From positions 512,001 to 576,000 of the forward strand of contig OZ244587.1 in NCBI GenBank assembly GCA_965218095.1: a stretch of 64,000 bases of DNA, read 5' to 3'. This document shows positions 24,048 through 34,912 of the stretch, piece by piece. Under the pieces are notes generated by a model. It had not been told where the DNA came from. It saw only the letters and a list, made by a program, of their open reading frames with translations, and did not search any database. Source of the DNA: Candidatus Poribacteria bacterium. Lineage in GTDB: Bacteria > Poribacteria > WGA-4E > PCPOR2b. Each line of letters opens with the position of its first letter. The stretch's first letter is position 1. The translations under genes and the position numbers were made by a program.

Positions 24048-24883
24048 TATTATTTAGTCCAGTTAGTTGAAATTCCAAACAGAGATAAATATGAGAGACA
24101 CTTTAAATATTTAAAAAATTTAGAAATCCCCCTCCCACTGTTTGAAATACAACAGCAGATTATCAATGAATGCGAGGCAGTGGATCAGGAAACCAACCAA
24201 GCCCTCCAAACCATTGTCACCTTCAAACGGCAGATTGAAGAAAAGGTGCAAGTGGTAATCAATGTAGGGTATGAAATGCAGAGAATAGATAGAGTGTTAA
24301 CTTTGGAATATGGGATTTCTTTACCTGAACACAAAAGAATTAGTGGTGATTTTCCTGTTTATGGTTCAAATGGAGTCGTTGGAAGCCACAATGAATTTTT
24401 AGTTAATGCACCTTGCATAATAGTTGGACGGAAGGGGAGCGCGGGGGAAATCAACTGGTCTGATAAGAATTGCACACCGATAGATACAACCTTTTATGTA
24501 AAGCTATTGGATGAAACTGCTACAGACTTAAGGTTCACTTACCACATGTTAAAGTCATTAAACCTGCCTTCATTGAAGGCGGGGTCAGGGCCGGGCGGAA
24601 TCAATAGGAACAATGTGTATAGCTTACAAATCCCCGTTCCCCCGCTTGATATTCAACAGCGGTTAGCGGCAGAAGTCAAGCAATTAGAAGAAGAAATCAC
24701 CCAAGCCCAAGCCATAATTGATAAGGCCACCGAGCGTAAAAATGTTATTCTCGCAAAGTATCTATGAAAGCAGAAAAAAGCACATCAGTTGTGGCGAATT
24801 CGGTTAGTTTACACTTTTTGGCAAACTTGCGCTGCAATTGAACTCAGTAATTAAACGAAGTCAGAGAAAGGAGCAAGAGGAAA

Positions 24884-25312
24884 TTGGGACCAATCACGCT
24901 CTTTGATAAATCGTTTCTACAGTCGCTTAGCATTGATGAATCGGTATGGTTTGATAACTTCTTCTATTCTGTTATCTGCCCAATCTTCTACGTGGAGACG
25001 CTGGCGGAAGCGCACTATATCCCGCTTGCGCCGCACTGTACGATGTCTTATCTTGGGCTGACTGCTAGTTTGCATGTGGCGGCGTCTATTCCATTTTTCT
25101 TGATTCATGAAGGCTACAAGGACGTCTTACCGGAGGGGGTCGCACGGAAGACCTGGGAAATGAATGAGAAAGGCTACGTGGCACTGCCAGAGGGCCCTGG
25201 CTTGGGCGTGGAGATTGATGAGGCGTTGGTGCTCAAGGTGGGGAAAGAACCAGCGCGACAGTTCAAGTGGCCTGATAATCGATTAAAAGATGGCTCCATT
25301 GCAGATTATTGA
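24884..25312 (+). pseudogene. Chimera: N-terminus of a hypothetical protein fused to the C-terminus of a galactonate dehydratase/mandelate racemase-family enzyme
   Basis: MGPITLFDKSFLQSLS...YVETLA then EAHYIPLAPHC..LGLTASLHVAAS..FLIHE..LPEGPGLGVEIDE. Confidence 0.65.
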
Positions 25313-25425
25313 GTGGATGGTTATTGAAGAAACTGATACCAATTATCTATAGACTACTAAGCCACGCTCATATGATTGACCAGATGAGCGTTGAATCGAA
25401 GGAGTGTTTACAGGAGGAAATCGAG

Positions 25426-26442
25426 ATGAAATATCATGCTTACATTTCTATTGCAGGTGAGAACAAGATTTCGACCTTCACGATGCAGCCGGATACGGGA
25501 AAACTTCTGTTTCAGGAGGATGTCGCGGTCAGCGGTTCTGCCGGACCACTCGTGGTCCATCCTGATCGAAGTTTCCTTTACGCCGGCCTCCGATCTACCC
25601 GCGAAATTTCAAGTTTTCGCATTGATCAAAGTACAGGCGGTCTGTCGCTTATCGGGACGGTGTCGCTTGATGCGGATGCGTGCTACATGGCCACGGATCA
25701 AAAGGGCAACTTCTTACTTTCTGCGTATTATGGCGCCGGGGTGGCAGCGGTTCATCCCATTGGCCAGGACGGAGCGGTGGACAGCCTAGCCATCGAATGG
25801 CGTTCCACAGCGAATAAAGCGCATTGCATTATGACGGATACGTCCAACAAGTTTGCCTTCGTGCCCCATGTGGGTGAATCCAACCTTATTTTTCAATTCA
25901 AATTCGATGAAAACACCGGCGCACTAATCCCCAACGATGTGCCCACAGTTATCGCGGGAGAAGGGGAAGGTCCCCGTCACTTTGTCTTTCATCCGAACAA
26001 AGATATGCTGTATTTCTCAAACGAACAGGGGTCCGGTGTAACCGCCTACTATTTCGATTCGTCAGCCGGTATCCTGTCGGCTTTTCAGACAATATCGACG
26101 CTGCCGGGGGATTATGATGAGGAGAATTTCTGTGCACAGATCCATATCACACCCAATGGGAAATTCCTATATGTTTCAAATCGCGGTCACGACAGCATTG
26201 CAGGTTTTTCGATCGACGAAAGCACCGGTCGGTTAGCTTCTTTGGGACAACAGCCGACGGAAGCGACACCGAGAGCATTCACCGTCGATCCGACGGGAAA
26301 CTTCCTTTTTGCCGCCGGTCAGGCTTCGGGCAAGCTCGCCTCTTACCGAATCGAGTCCGAAAGCGGCACGCTTACGCCTTTAGAGACATACACGGTTGGG
26401 GAAAACCCCATGTGGGTGGTTATCTTAGGCTTACCAGGCTGA
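25426..26442 (+). CDS. 6-phosphogluconolactonase (lactonase, 7-bladed propeller) family
   Basis: KAHCI, GPRHFVFHP, LYVSNRGHDSI, TPRAF; ATG 25426 after AGGAGG. Confidence 0.9.
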   Translation: MKYHAYISIAGENKISTFTMQPDTGKLLFQEDVAVSGSAGPLVVHPDRSFLYAGLRSTREISSFRIDQSTGGLSLIGTVSLDADACYMATDQKGNFLLSAYYGAGVAAVHPIGQDGAVDSLAIEWRSTANKAHCIMTDTSNKFAFVPHVGESNLIFQFKFDENTGALIPNDVPTVIAGEGEGPRHFVFHPNKDMLYFSNEQGSGVTAYYFDSSAGILSAFQTISTLPGDYDEENFCAQIHITPNGKFLYVSNRGHDSIAGFSIDESTGRLASLGQQPTEATPRAFTVDPTGNFLFAAGQASGKLASYRIESESGTLTPLETYTVGENPMWVVILGLPG

Positions 26443-26474
26443 TGGATGTTACCTGGATGGGGAGGCTTAATGAT

Positions 26475-27008
26475 TCAAGCCAACAAACACAATATCAAAG
26501 TTGGCCAAAAAATTGACAAACAGGTGAAATCCGAGTGGTGGACGAATGCGGTGTTGTGGTCGCCGGTGGAGGTGTGACCGTATTTGCCACAACCGTCGCC
26601 GCCGGTCGACTGGTTGAGCAAATCGATGGTTGGCACAATGATCAGTGTGCTGCGACCAACGCGTTCAATGGCTTTGAGCGCAAGGAAGGTTTTTCCCGCG
26701 CCTGTTGGCAAAACAACCGTGCCGAGACAGTCTGCATCAATCCACGCCTGCAATGCCTCCTGCTGATAGTCGTGAAGATCGAAATCGAGTTTGAGCGTCG
26801 GCTTGATGGTTTCGTATTGAGGAACCGTTGTTGCGTATTGGACGCTGTCTTCACGGAGTTGGTTCACGGCATCCGGATAGTGCAACGCGAGCGCACACCA
26901 CTTTTCAACCCGCGTATCCCATTCAAAGTGCTCAGGAGGCGTTTCCGTGTTTTCAGCGATAATTGTGCCGTCATCGTAGCGGAAGTAGATTTTCTTTTCT
27001 TCGCTCAC
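26475..27008 (-). pseudogene. Truncated XPB/Rad25-like DEAD/DEAH helicase
   Basis: LHDYQQEAL, LPTGAGKT, IIVPTIDLLNQ, then abrupt loss of homology. Confidence 0.75.
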
Positions 27009-27095
27009 GGTTCATGATGCGTAGAAACACAACCTTTCGACTTGGACAGCACGGTAAAGACTTGACCTTGTCAAAGGTGGTTTTGTGGAGACTGC

Positions 27096-28040
27096 TTAGT
27101 GGACTTGAATCTGGAGGGATAAATCCGTCTCAACTTGCTTTAGTCGTTTGTTATAAATTTGAATTATCTCCTGCAAGATTCCAAAGAAATCAGTCCTTTT
27201 TTCAGTAGCGATTTCGATAATGTTTAATGCTACGAATCCTTCTATCGAAGTGATTGTTATATCTTCCTCAATACCTTCATCTTGCGCAAGCGCTTTGGCT
27301 CTGTACTCTTGATCATTTGGGATGAGGAGCACTGGATGCTGACCTGCTTTTACATTTGTCGCACATTTTTGGATAACACTTCTTGATGGCGTGGCAGTGA
27401 CATGGTAGACCGTTTGTGCGATGGTAAAGTCACCGTCACGATCCGTTTGTCTATCAGCAGCATGAGCCGGATGATTCGGCACAGTTATGCCCTCGTATCG
27501 CCTTTCCAATTTCGCCCCCACAAGGTGTTGCTCGACCACGCCACCTGAGTTCTCCTTCGCATTTTCCAGAATAAGGCGAATCCAAGCCGTTGGCGCATGT
27601 CTTCGATTAAGCTCTAGTTTAAGGCTTTGTCGACTAAGCCATACCCTAGCTAACCTTGCTGTTTCTCCAATTAAGTCCTCAAGTAACTTATCTCGTTCCT
27701 GATTAGAAAGAGCCATTAATGTTCTTCCCCAATTAAAGAGTTCAAACAGCTTTTGTCCATCTTGAGGTGCCTGGCGCGTCGTGACTTCCTTAAGATACTT
27801 GCTGCTAACACCGTACTTTGCCAATATTTCTTCGAGTCCTGCCCGTGCTCCTTTGACTTCGCCTCCCTTTGATATGACATCCGTTCTTGAAACAGGACAG
27901 CTTCGACGTAAGTGATCAAGAACCACGATTCCAACAGCGACTGTATTTCGGGATATTTTTCCGCGCCGTGTACAAGACTTAATCCACTTATGGAGCGTCT
28001 CGAAGCTTTCTTGCCTAATTCGTTCGGTTTGAGCACTCAT
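27096..28040 (-). CDS. DUF4928-like putative restriction endonuclease
   Basis: GVVEQHLVGAKLE..ADRQTDRDGDF..VYHVT; follows dcm and vsr. Confidence 0.65.
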   Translation of the reverse strand: MSAQTERIRQESFETLHKWIKSCTRRGKISRNTVAVGIVVLDHLRRSCPVSRTDVISKGGEVKGARAGLEEILAKYGVSSKYLKEVTTRQAPQDGQKLFELFNWGRTLMALSNQERDKLLEDLIGETARLARVWLSRQSLKLELNRRHAPTAWIRLILENAKENSGGVVEQHLVGAKLERRYEGITVPNHPAHAADRQTDRDGDFTIAQTVYHVTATPSRSVIQKCATNVKAGQHPVLLIPNDQEYRAKALAQDEGIEEDITITSIEGFVALNIIEIATEKRTDFFGILQEIIQIYNKRLKQVETDLSLQIQVH

Positions 28041-28474
28041 TAGCTCGCCTTCTCCATGTTTAGCGCCTTCCGTATTTCCGACCGAATCCGTTTTCTTGCG
28101 GATGGATGACTCATTTCATGTTCCCAAATTCTTATCACATACCACCCACTACGACATAGTTTTTCGTTGTTCATGTGGTCTCGCTCAATATTACGTCTGA
28201 TTTTTTTCTCCCAATATTTGCGGTTTGTTTGAGGTCGTAGCATCCGATCGCAATGTGGACAACCGTGCCAAAAGCAGCCATCTGCAAAAATAGCAACATG
28301 TTCTGTCGAGAAAACAACATCAGGCTTTCCGGCAATCTCACCGGCGTTTTTCTTCCAACCCTTTAGTCCCATACCGGCAATCATAGAGAAAAGCCGTCTT
28401 TCGAGGCTAGTACCTTTTCCCTTGACGGCTTGCATTGTCTTCCGACGGTCTTCCAATTTAAGATTATCAGCCAT
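28040..28474 (-). CDS. vsr: Very short patch repair endonuclease
   Basis: GKPDVV, FADGCFWHGCP, YWEKKIRRNIERD, IWEHE. Confidence 0.92.
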   Translation of the reverse strand: MADNLKLEDRRKTMQAVKGKGTSLERRLFSMIAGMGLKGWKKNAGEIAGKPDVVFSTEHVAIFADGCFWHGCPHCDRMLRPQTNRKYWEKKIRRNIERDHMNNEKLCRSGWYVIRIWEHEMSHPSARKRIRSEIRKALNMEKAS

Positions 28475-28479
28475 CTTTA

Positions 28480-29640
28480 TTAGACCTTATAAACAGCTTG
28501 TGGTCGCTGACGGCTCAATTTTTCAACGAAGGGATTGAGGGCGTTTTCGGCTATCCAAGCAATGGCAGGGACACAAACGGCATCGCCAAATCCCCATAGT
28601 GCTTGGTTGAGGGGCACGGATATTGTGTAATCATCGACGCCCATCAATCGCGCACATTCGCGGGGGGTAAGAAGTCTTGCGAAGTATTTCCCCCTTCCAG
28701 CCTTAAACAGAATTTGTCTACCACTCCCGCCCCGGGGTGTGCGTAGGCAACCTGCTAAACCATCGACCCTCAACTCTGCCATTGATTTACCTTTGCGCAT
28801 TCGACGAAAAACCGTTCCGTAAGACCACTCTGAGCCCGCTATCATCCGATCCGCTATCTCCGCATGACGTGGACTCATCTGATTGAGAAGATACGTCGCA
28901 CGTTCCGGACTCCACCACTCCGGCGCGTTTTCAGGGAGATCTTCAAGGATCGCTTCAAGCGTTATTTTTCTCTGTGGTGGGGCTGGGAAATCGTGTATGC
29001 TCCATTGAATTTCTGGATGCATTAGGATAAAATCGAACAACGCCTTCGGCCTAACCTCGCCCCAAAAATGTGGCGTTTCTTTCAATTCGTGTAACCCTAA
29101 ATAACCATTCAGAAGTCCAATAACAAAGAGACGCTGCCTGCTTTGCGGTACAAAGTTCGCTGCATTTAGCATAATTGCATCAACACAATATCCTAAGCGG
29201 TTTAGCGCAAGCAGGGCTTCCTTGAAATCTGCTCCTTTATGCGACGTAAGGAACCCGGTGACGTTTTCTAGTAAGACGATGGGAGGTTTACGTTTCTCCA
29301 TCTCTTCAAGAATACGAATGAATTCCCAGAAAACGGAGGAATGTTTGCCATTTAGGCCAGAGTATCCACCCGCAAGCGACAGATCGTTGCAAGGAAAGGA
29401 TGCGGTAGCCAAAGTAACAGTCGGAATATGTCCAGCGGAGAGATTGCGAATATCTTCTAAGAGAAGATGCGTATCGGCATCGCTGAAGTGCCCTTTGTAC
29501 ATCTCGTATTTCTGAAGATCTATATCATTGGCAAATGATATAGACCAACTTTGTTGTTCCAACCCCAACCTCATCAAACCAATCCCTGCGAAAAAATCGG
29601 CGAATGTTCTATTAAATCTTTGGCGAATACTTGTTTGCAT
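28480..29640 (-). CDS. dcm: DNA (cytosine-5)-methyltransferase
   Basis: FFAGIG, FPCNDLS, LLENV, PQSRQR, RLLTPRECARL. Confidence 0.93.
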   Translation of the reverse strand: MQTSIRQRFNRTFADFFAGIGLMRLGLEQQSWSISFANDIDLQKYEMYKGHFSDADTHLLLEDIRNLSAGHIPTVTLATASFPCNDLSLAGGYSGLNGKHSSVFWEFIRILEEMEKRKPPIVLLENVTGFLTSHKGADFKEALLALNRLGYCVDAIMLNAANFVPQSRQRLFVIGLLNGYLGLHELKETPHFWGEVRPKALFDFILMHPEIQWSIHDFPAPPQRKITLEAILEDLPENAPEWWSPERATYLLNQMSPRHAEIADRMIAGSEWSYGTVFRRMRKGKSMAELRVDGLAGCLRTPRGGSGRQILFKAGRGKYFARLLTPRECARLMGVDDYTISVPLNQALWGFGDAVCVPAIAWIAENALNPFVEKLSRQRPQAVYKV

Positions 29641-29759
29641 ATCACTTGTTACTCTTTACGTTGTACGCATCACGCACAGGCTGACGACATCTCTGCTGAG
29701 AGCCCCTTTTTTCGAGTGTGTCCTTCGTAACCACTTCATACAGAATTGCGTATTTTCCT

Positions 29760-30431
29760 TCACGCTTGCCGATTGAATCCCCTTCGCCCTAGCCAGCCAT
29801 CGAAAATCGCATATCCCCAGAAGAGTGCCATTTGAATTAGACCACTGATCTTGAACTGCCAACGTGGGCGAAACCGCCACTGTGCGGTACTGTAAATGCT
29901 TAATCCATATTCGTCTTTCTTAACCGAGTATGTCTGGTAATTATCAGCTATCAACCACCAACTACCTTCTTTTTTTGTTGAAATCTTCGCATCTTTATAA
30001 ACTAAGACTTTATGATTCCTAAATTCCTGTCGCAAACTCTCTGAGAGACCTTTGCTATCCACTAAATCCTTTTGGAACTCAGCCCCCATGCGAAATAGAA
30101 ACTTTCTGTCGGACGTGTGTAACGGATAACTACGCCACCGTTTTTGTTCCCTATTTTCCGCAGCGGGTTCATGGACTTCTGAACTTACTTCTGCCTGTTT
30201 TTTCGCCTGTCGCTCGTCCGGCGATTTATCAAACAGATCGAGGCGTGTCAAATCTCGCCAACTGTTCACCGGCAACGAATGGATGTAGATGAGCGCTGCT
30301 GCGGAGGCAACCCCCAGGAATAGAATGAATCCTTTCAGCTGCTTACGCAGATAGAGCTGTCCCAGTCCAGGCATAACAACCGACAGCAACATGGCGCGGT
30401 AAGATCGCCTGCCGGCACTCACTTCTGCCAT
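29760..30431 (-). CDS. Membrane protein (PGLGQLY motif)
   Basis: LLSVVMPGLGQLY plus hydrophobic segments. Confidence 0.6.
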   Translation of the reverse strand: MAEVSAGRRSYRAMLLSVVMPGLGQLYLRKQLKGFILFLGVASAAALIYIHSLPVNSWRDLTRLDLFDKSPDERQAKKQAEVSSEVHEPAAENREQKRWRSYPLHTSDRKFLFRMGAEFQKDLVDSKGLSESLRQEFRNHKVLVYKDAKISTKKEGSWWLIADNYQTYSVKKDEYGLSIYSTAQWRFRPRWQFKISGLIQMALFWGYAIFDGWLGRRGFNRQA

Positions 30432-30456
30432 CCTGATCTCCTCCTTCTATGAGTCG

Positions 30457-30818
30457 CTACTGGCAATGAGGTAGACGCCGATACAGATGACGATCACCCC
30501 AATGATCCGTATCTTTGGCACCGGTTCTTTGAATAATAATCATGCAAAAAAGATTGATAAAACATAGCCCAAACTGATCATCGGGTAGGCGACGCTCAGT
30601 TTGACCCGTGACAAAATCACAAGCCAAATCGCCGTTGTGAATCCGTACACCGCAATCCCGCCAATGACAAATGGATTCAAAAGCGCCCGAATTAACATCG
30701 GGATGACAGCTTTCAGCGATCCAACCCGACCGACATCGATCATTCCCTGCTTCAACAGGACTTGACCCATAACCGCTAAACATACGTTAAAAAAGAGTAA
30801 CAGAAAATCTTTCCTCAT
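30457..30818 (-). pseudogene. SMR/EamA-type (ArnE/F-like) small transporter, frameshifted
   Basis: GQVLLKQG..LSRVKLSVAYP; C-terminus (IIFKEPVPKIRIIGV) continues in another frame after ~30545. Confidence 0.7.
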
Positions 30819-31147
30819 TATGTGTAAGTGCTTCCCTTCAATTGTACAGTTTGAATATTGTCCGTCATCGTTGTATCCTCTTTGTCTTGTAGTGATGACT
30901 CAACCATTGAGTTCTCGGATAGGCTCTTAGTATACAAGCCGGTTGAAATTTTTAACAGATGCAAAAGCAATACAAACTTTTCGGCTTCCATTGTATTCTT
31001 TTGCTATGATTAACCTACGCCATTTACTAACGTGAAAAGTTTCAACCGGTTCTACAACAATTTTGCGCAAAAGTAAATTTGACATTAAGGTGTGTATGAA
31101 ATATAATATAAACTGTTCATTTCCGCTGATGTTGCTTGGAGACAGAT

Positions 31148-31534
31148 ATGCATACCTCGCAAGTTATGGATCATTATGAAAATCCGCGGAGTGTTGGCAC
31201 GATCAAAGACGCCGATGGGGTGGGAGTTGTTGGCACACCCGCTAGCGGCGATATGATGAAACTCACAATCAAGGTCTCTCAAGATCGGATTGTCGATGCA
31301 AAATTCAAGACATTTGGGTGTCCAACCGCAATCGCAGCAAGTTCCGTCATAACAGAACTCATCAAGGAATGCACCATTAAAGCGGCACTGAAAATTACGA
31401 ATCGGCAAGTCGATGAAGCGTTAGGGGGATTACCATCAGATAAAACTCACTATGCTGTGCTGGCTGAAAAGGTATTAAAAGCTGCAATTCATAACTATAT
31501 CTCACAAATAAATGAAGGAGGAGAATCAATATGA
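31148..31534 (+). CDS. iscU: IscU/NifU-type Fe-S scaffold homolog with two of three Cys replaced
   Basis: VMDHYENPR, KFKTFGC, LGGLP; GTPASGD and KTHY replace GxPxCGD and KxHC. Confidence 0.8.
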   Translation: MHTSQVMDHYENPRSVGTIKDADGVGVVGTPASGDMMKLTIKVSQDRIVDAKFKTFGCPTAIAASSVITELIKECTIKAALKITNRQVDEALGGLPSDKTHYAVLAEKVLKAAIHNYISQINEGGESI

Positions 31535-31872
31535 TTACGGTCACTGAAACGGCTGCAAAAAAGGCGTTCCTGTTATTAGAAAAAACGATGGAAGGAGACG
31601 GCATGGATCCGGACAAGGAGCACGGTCTGCGTATGCAGGTTATTGGCGGCGGCTGCTCCGGTTTTCAGTATAATCTCGGATTCGATGAACAACGGAGCAG
31701 CGATAAAGTCTTTGAACACCACGGATTGAAGGTTCTCATTGACCCGCGCAGCACACTCTACCTCGCCGGTTCAACGCTAGACTATAAAGACGGTCTAATG
31801 GAGTCCGGTTTCAAAATTACCAACCCCAACGCGAAGTCTGAATGTGGTTGTGGAGAATCTTTCAGTGTGTAA
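31531..31872 (+). CDS. iscA: IscA/HesB-family Fe-S carrier
   Basis: GGGCSGFQY, NPNAKSECGCGESF. Confidence 0.92.
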   Translation: MITVTETAAKKAFLLLEKTMEGDGMDPDKEHGLRMQVIGGGCSGFQYNLGFDEQRSSDKVFEHHGLKVLIDPRSTLYLAGSTLDYKDGLMESGFKITNPNAKSECGCGESFSV

Positions 31873-32328
31873 ACCTGATTCGCGTTTTACAGGCACAGGG
31901 CAGGAAGCTCAAATTGAGTATCCTGCCCTTTTTTATTTTGACAATGTTAAATTTCAGACCAAAGCCCGGTAACACATGTGCTTGCATCCCGATCCATCGG
32001 GGTCTCCCGACTTGTGATCCAAAGAGGCGGGAGAATCTCAATCTGATGTCTTGGGGTGTGGTACGCCTGCCATTTTCTTCGAGTGAAAGCCATCTCCCTT
32101 TCCTTCGACCAAACGGTAAGGAATTTTTCCCCATCTAGGTAATCCAGTGAACTTTTAGGGACAATAAACACGCTACCTGGTAAACAGTACACTTCACCTT
32201 GTAAAATCAGGGTAGCCAATCCTTTTGCTCGGTACTTTTCCTCAATTAGGTCTACAATTGGAAAGTCCATGTGGATAAGTTTACCACATCTTTCATCTCT
32301 TTGCACTTTGTTTTAACATGAGCCAACG

Positions 32329-32649
32329 ATGCTTCTCATTTATCTCACGATAGCAATCGTCTCGGTTTTCATTGGCGCTGCGGTTGCCTTTTTTATTTTG
32401 CGCGGAAATCCGATTTTATTCTCTGCGATTCTGGGCTTCACAGCCAGCGCAGTTTTGGGGATAATCATCTTTCAGCTCTTACCCCATCACTATGAGGAGT
32501 TAGGATTTATAAGCCTTTTCATCATGGGGCTTGGTTTTTTGACAATCTTTCTGATTGATGAGCGTATCATCCATCAATACGCACAGTTGAGCTCACGCCG
32601 AAGCCAAAAGCCATGTCCGATGGATTTGGCAATCCATCGGAATCTGTAA
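32329..32649 (+). pseudogene. Probable truncated ZIP-type metal transporter (three TM helices)
   Basis: ILGFTASAVLGIIIFQLLPH resembles the ZIP N-terminus; ends at the left edge of the cassette region. Confidence 0.45.
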
Positions 32650-32682
32650 AATGTGTATACCCTCCCATTGACCAATACAGAA

Positions 32683-34746
32683 TTAACTCAATAACTCTCT
32701 TTCAAAAGCACCATTCAGGATAGGGCCTCTTCGGATTTTCTTAATGGAATCGTGCAATTCACTTTCGTCATTATTCTGAATTGAATATCGTATCCCCCCA
32801 AATTCACGCTTTTCCCAATGGCGTTGAATACGCTTCCTAAACGCGGCAAGATCTACTTCTCTCTTTGATGCATAATCAGAAAATACAGCTTCGAGAAAGT
32901 CTGAACCTAGATAATACAGTGGGGCAAAATCGGAAGCGGGATCTCCTAGACGACAAGCCTCAAAGTCAATGATCCCGACAAGATGCTGCAAGTCTTTCTC
33001 CAAAAGGAAATTCTCATACCATAAATCACCGTGAATAAGTGATGGCTCGAACATGAAATTTTCTTCACCTTCCTGATATACTTTCCACCATTCAACGACG
33101 AGAGTTTGTTCACTTGTACTCAAGATGCGCTTCAGAGTCGGTAGCACATCCTTCTTCAGCTTTTGATCTTCTTCAAAAAGATCTGGGTGTTCCAGCCCAA
33201 ATGATCGGGCATCTAATCCGTGTAAAGCTACCAGAAAATTCGCGATATCAAGCGCAAGAATGGGTAGATTGGTTTTTCTAATCAACTCTTTCGTCAGCGT
33301 TATTCCATCAATCTTGGGATAACACAAGACTCCAAAAGGAAATGCTTCCGATGACTCAATAAAGTACTGAGGCGTAGGTATTTGAGGGGTGCTCATAAGT
33401 CCCCTTATCGAAAGAGTGTAATCAGATGTGTTACATTTCTCAGGGGTCTTCCCCAAATAGAATTGACTAACATAGCCAGTTGCAGTAAAACCACCCCCAG
33501 CATCAAAAAGGTAGAGACATTCGCTTTTCGACTCACCGGCAATTGCTTATGATTGGTATGGGTCGATAGTAATTGGCTCAACAATCCAAAGATAGGTTCA
33601 ATAGCAACCTTGCGCTTGTGTTGATAGGTCTGCAACTGCGCCGATTGATTCACCGCTTCAACATAACGCCGTGCCCGCTGACTCTTTGCGCCTCTGACGG
33701 GAGTGATTAGCAACAGTCCCTGGTTCGCCAAGTGTTGGGTACGTTTCAAGTCGGTATAGCCGGCATCAGCGACTAAATACCCGATGTTCTGTTCAAGCAG
33801 TGTGTCGAGTTGTCGGTCAAGGACGGCTTTTTCACTCACACACGCGGTGTCAATGGCACTCATACGAGGCAATCCCTCTATAGAGACGGTCAGATGAAGC
33901 CCATAGCCGTAAACCCAACCGTGATAGTGACTCTTTGACCAACTGGCGTCTGTGTCAATGGCACGGATGCCAGTTGGGATGCGATTGGCATTTCTATCCT
34001 TCTGATGCCAGACGCTTCCTTTTGCCTTAAACAGACTTTTGTCTTGGTAAACCACCTCTGGAGGTGAGTCAGGTATCAAAGTCATTCCCACATCACCGAG
34101 ATACCCGATGAACGCCTCTAGCTGGTAAGCGAGTTGTTTGTAGCGTCGGCAAAGGGTTGCCCGAGACGGAACACATGCCAGTTTAAGACGACACAGCCAC
34201 TGCGGGTGTAGCTTGAGCCATCTGTGTTGTGCCTTAAAGCGATGGAGGCCTTTGAGCGTTAAGATGGCAAAAAGGACAATCAAGCAGTCGTCTGTATACG
34301 ATTTCGGACGTCCATGGCTCTCAGGTGGCGGTGCATGGCTGGAAGCGTTGAAATGGTCAAGTTGTTCAAACAAAAATGTGATATAATACGTACTGTCAGG
34401 ATAACCCATGTTATAATCCTCTCTTTCTTGCACGTTAGATTAGATTATAACCGTTATCCTGACTCAAGTCTACTTATGAGCACCCCTCAGGTATTTCACA
34501 GGGGAGCAGATCGGCTATTTGAGGTAAAATCACCTTGTCCTGTAAGAATGCTTCGGATGACTTCGAATGTTTTCCAATCAGGACAATGTATTGGCCATCT
34601 GCTTCAATTGCGATACTGCGAAAACCTTCCCCAATGAGTTTCAAATCTGCGATCTCTAGGTCAGTCAGTTCTGTGTTAAGAGCTTTTTGGATTTCATCAA
34701 GCTTGCGTGTGATTTTGATTATGTGAGAATAAGCATCAGTGAACAT
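32683..34746 (-). pseudogene. Aminoglycoside phosphotransferase (APH)-family gene interrupted by IS
   Basis: IGEGFRS..LLPCEIP|TPQY..LIHGDLWYENFL..GIIDF; removing IS plus one TSD gives a 951-nt in-frame ORF. Confidence 0.85.
33384..34488 (-). mobile_element. IS related to copies A/B, 1105 bp
   Basis: 17-bp IR GAGGGGTGCTCATAAGT; TSD AGGTATTT; transposase 33405..34433 with WSKSHYHGWVYGYGLH. Confidence 0.92.
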
Positions 34747-34821
34747 TGAGATATTGGGAAGAGAGTAGTGGCGTGTCTTTCCTCTTTATATTTTTGAAGT
34801 TAGCCCTAAAACTACCATGGC

Positions 34822-34912
34822 ACAGAACGTTCTCGCCATTTGCGAACCCGCGAAGTGGGTTGCCGTCAGGCCAAGGAGTGTAAGCGACGCAGCGCAAGTG
34901 GACGTGTTATGC
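34822..34912 (-). other. attC-like site 1 (family A)
   Basis: + strand ACAGAACgtt...gcgaacccgcgaagtgggttgccg...gtGTTATGC. Confidence 0.7.

Larger units (their letters stand above)
18871..24767 (+). pseudogene. Fused restriction-modification-specificity enzyme (type IIG/IIB-like, N6-adenine MTase) interrupted by two IS copies
   Basis: N-terminal RADIL..IIECK nuclease, GQFFTP, DHACGSGHFL, NPPF, two HsdS-like TRDs; removing both IS and one TSD each gives a 3663-nt in-frame ORF (1220 aa). Confidence 0.85.
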
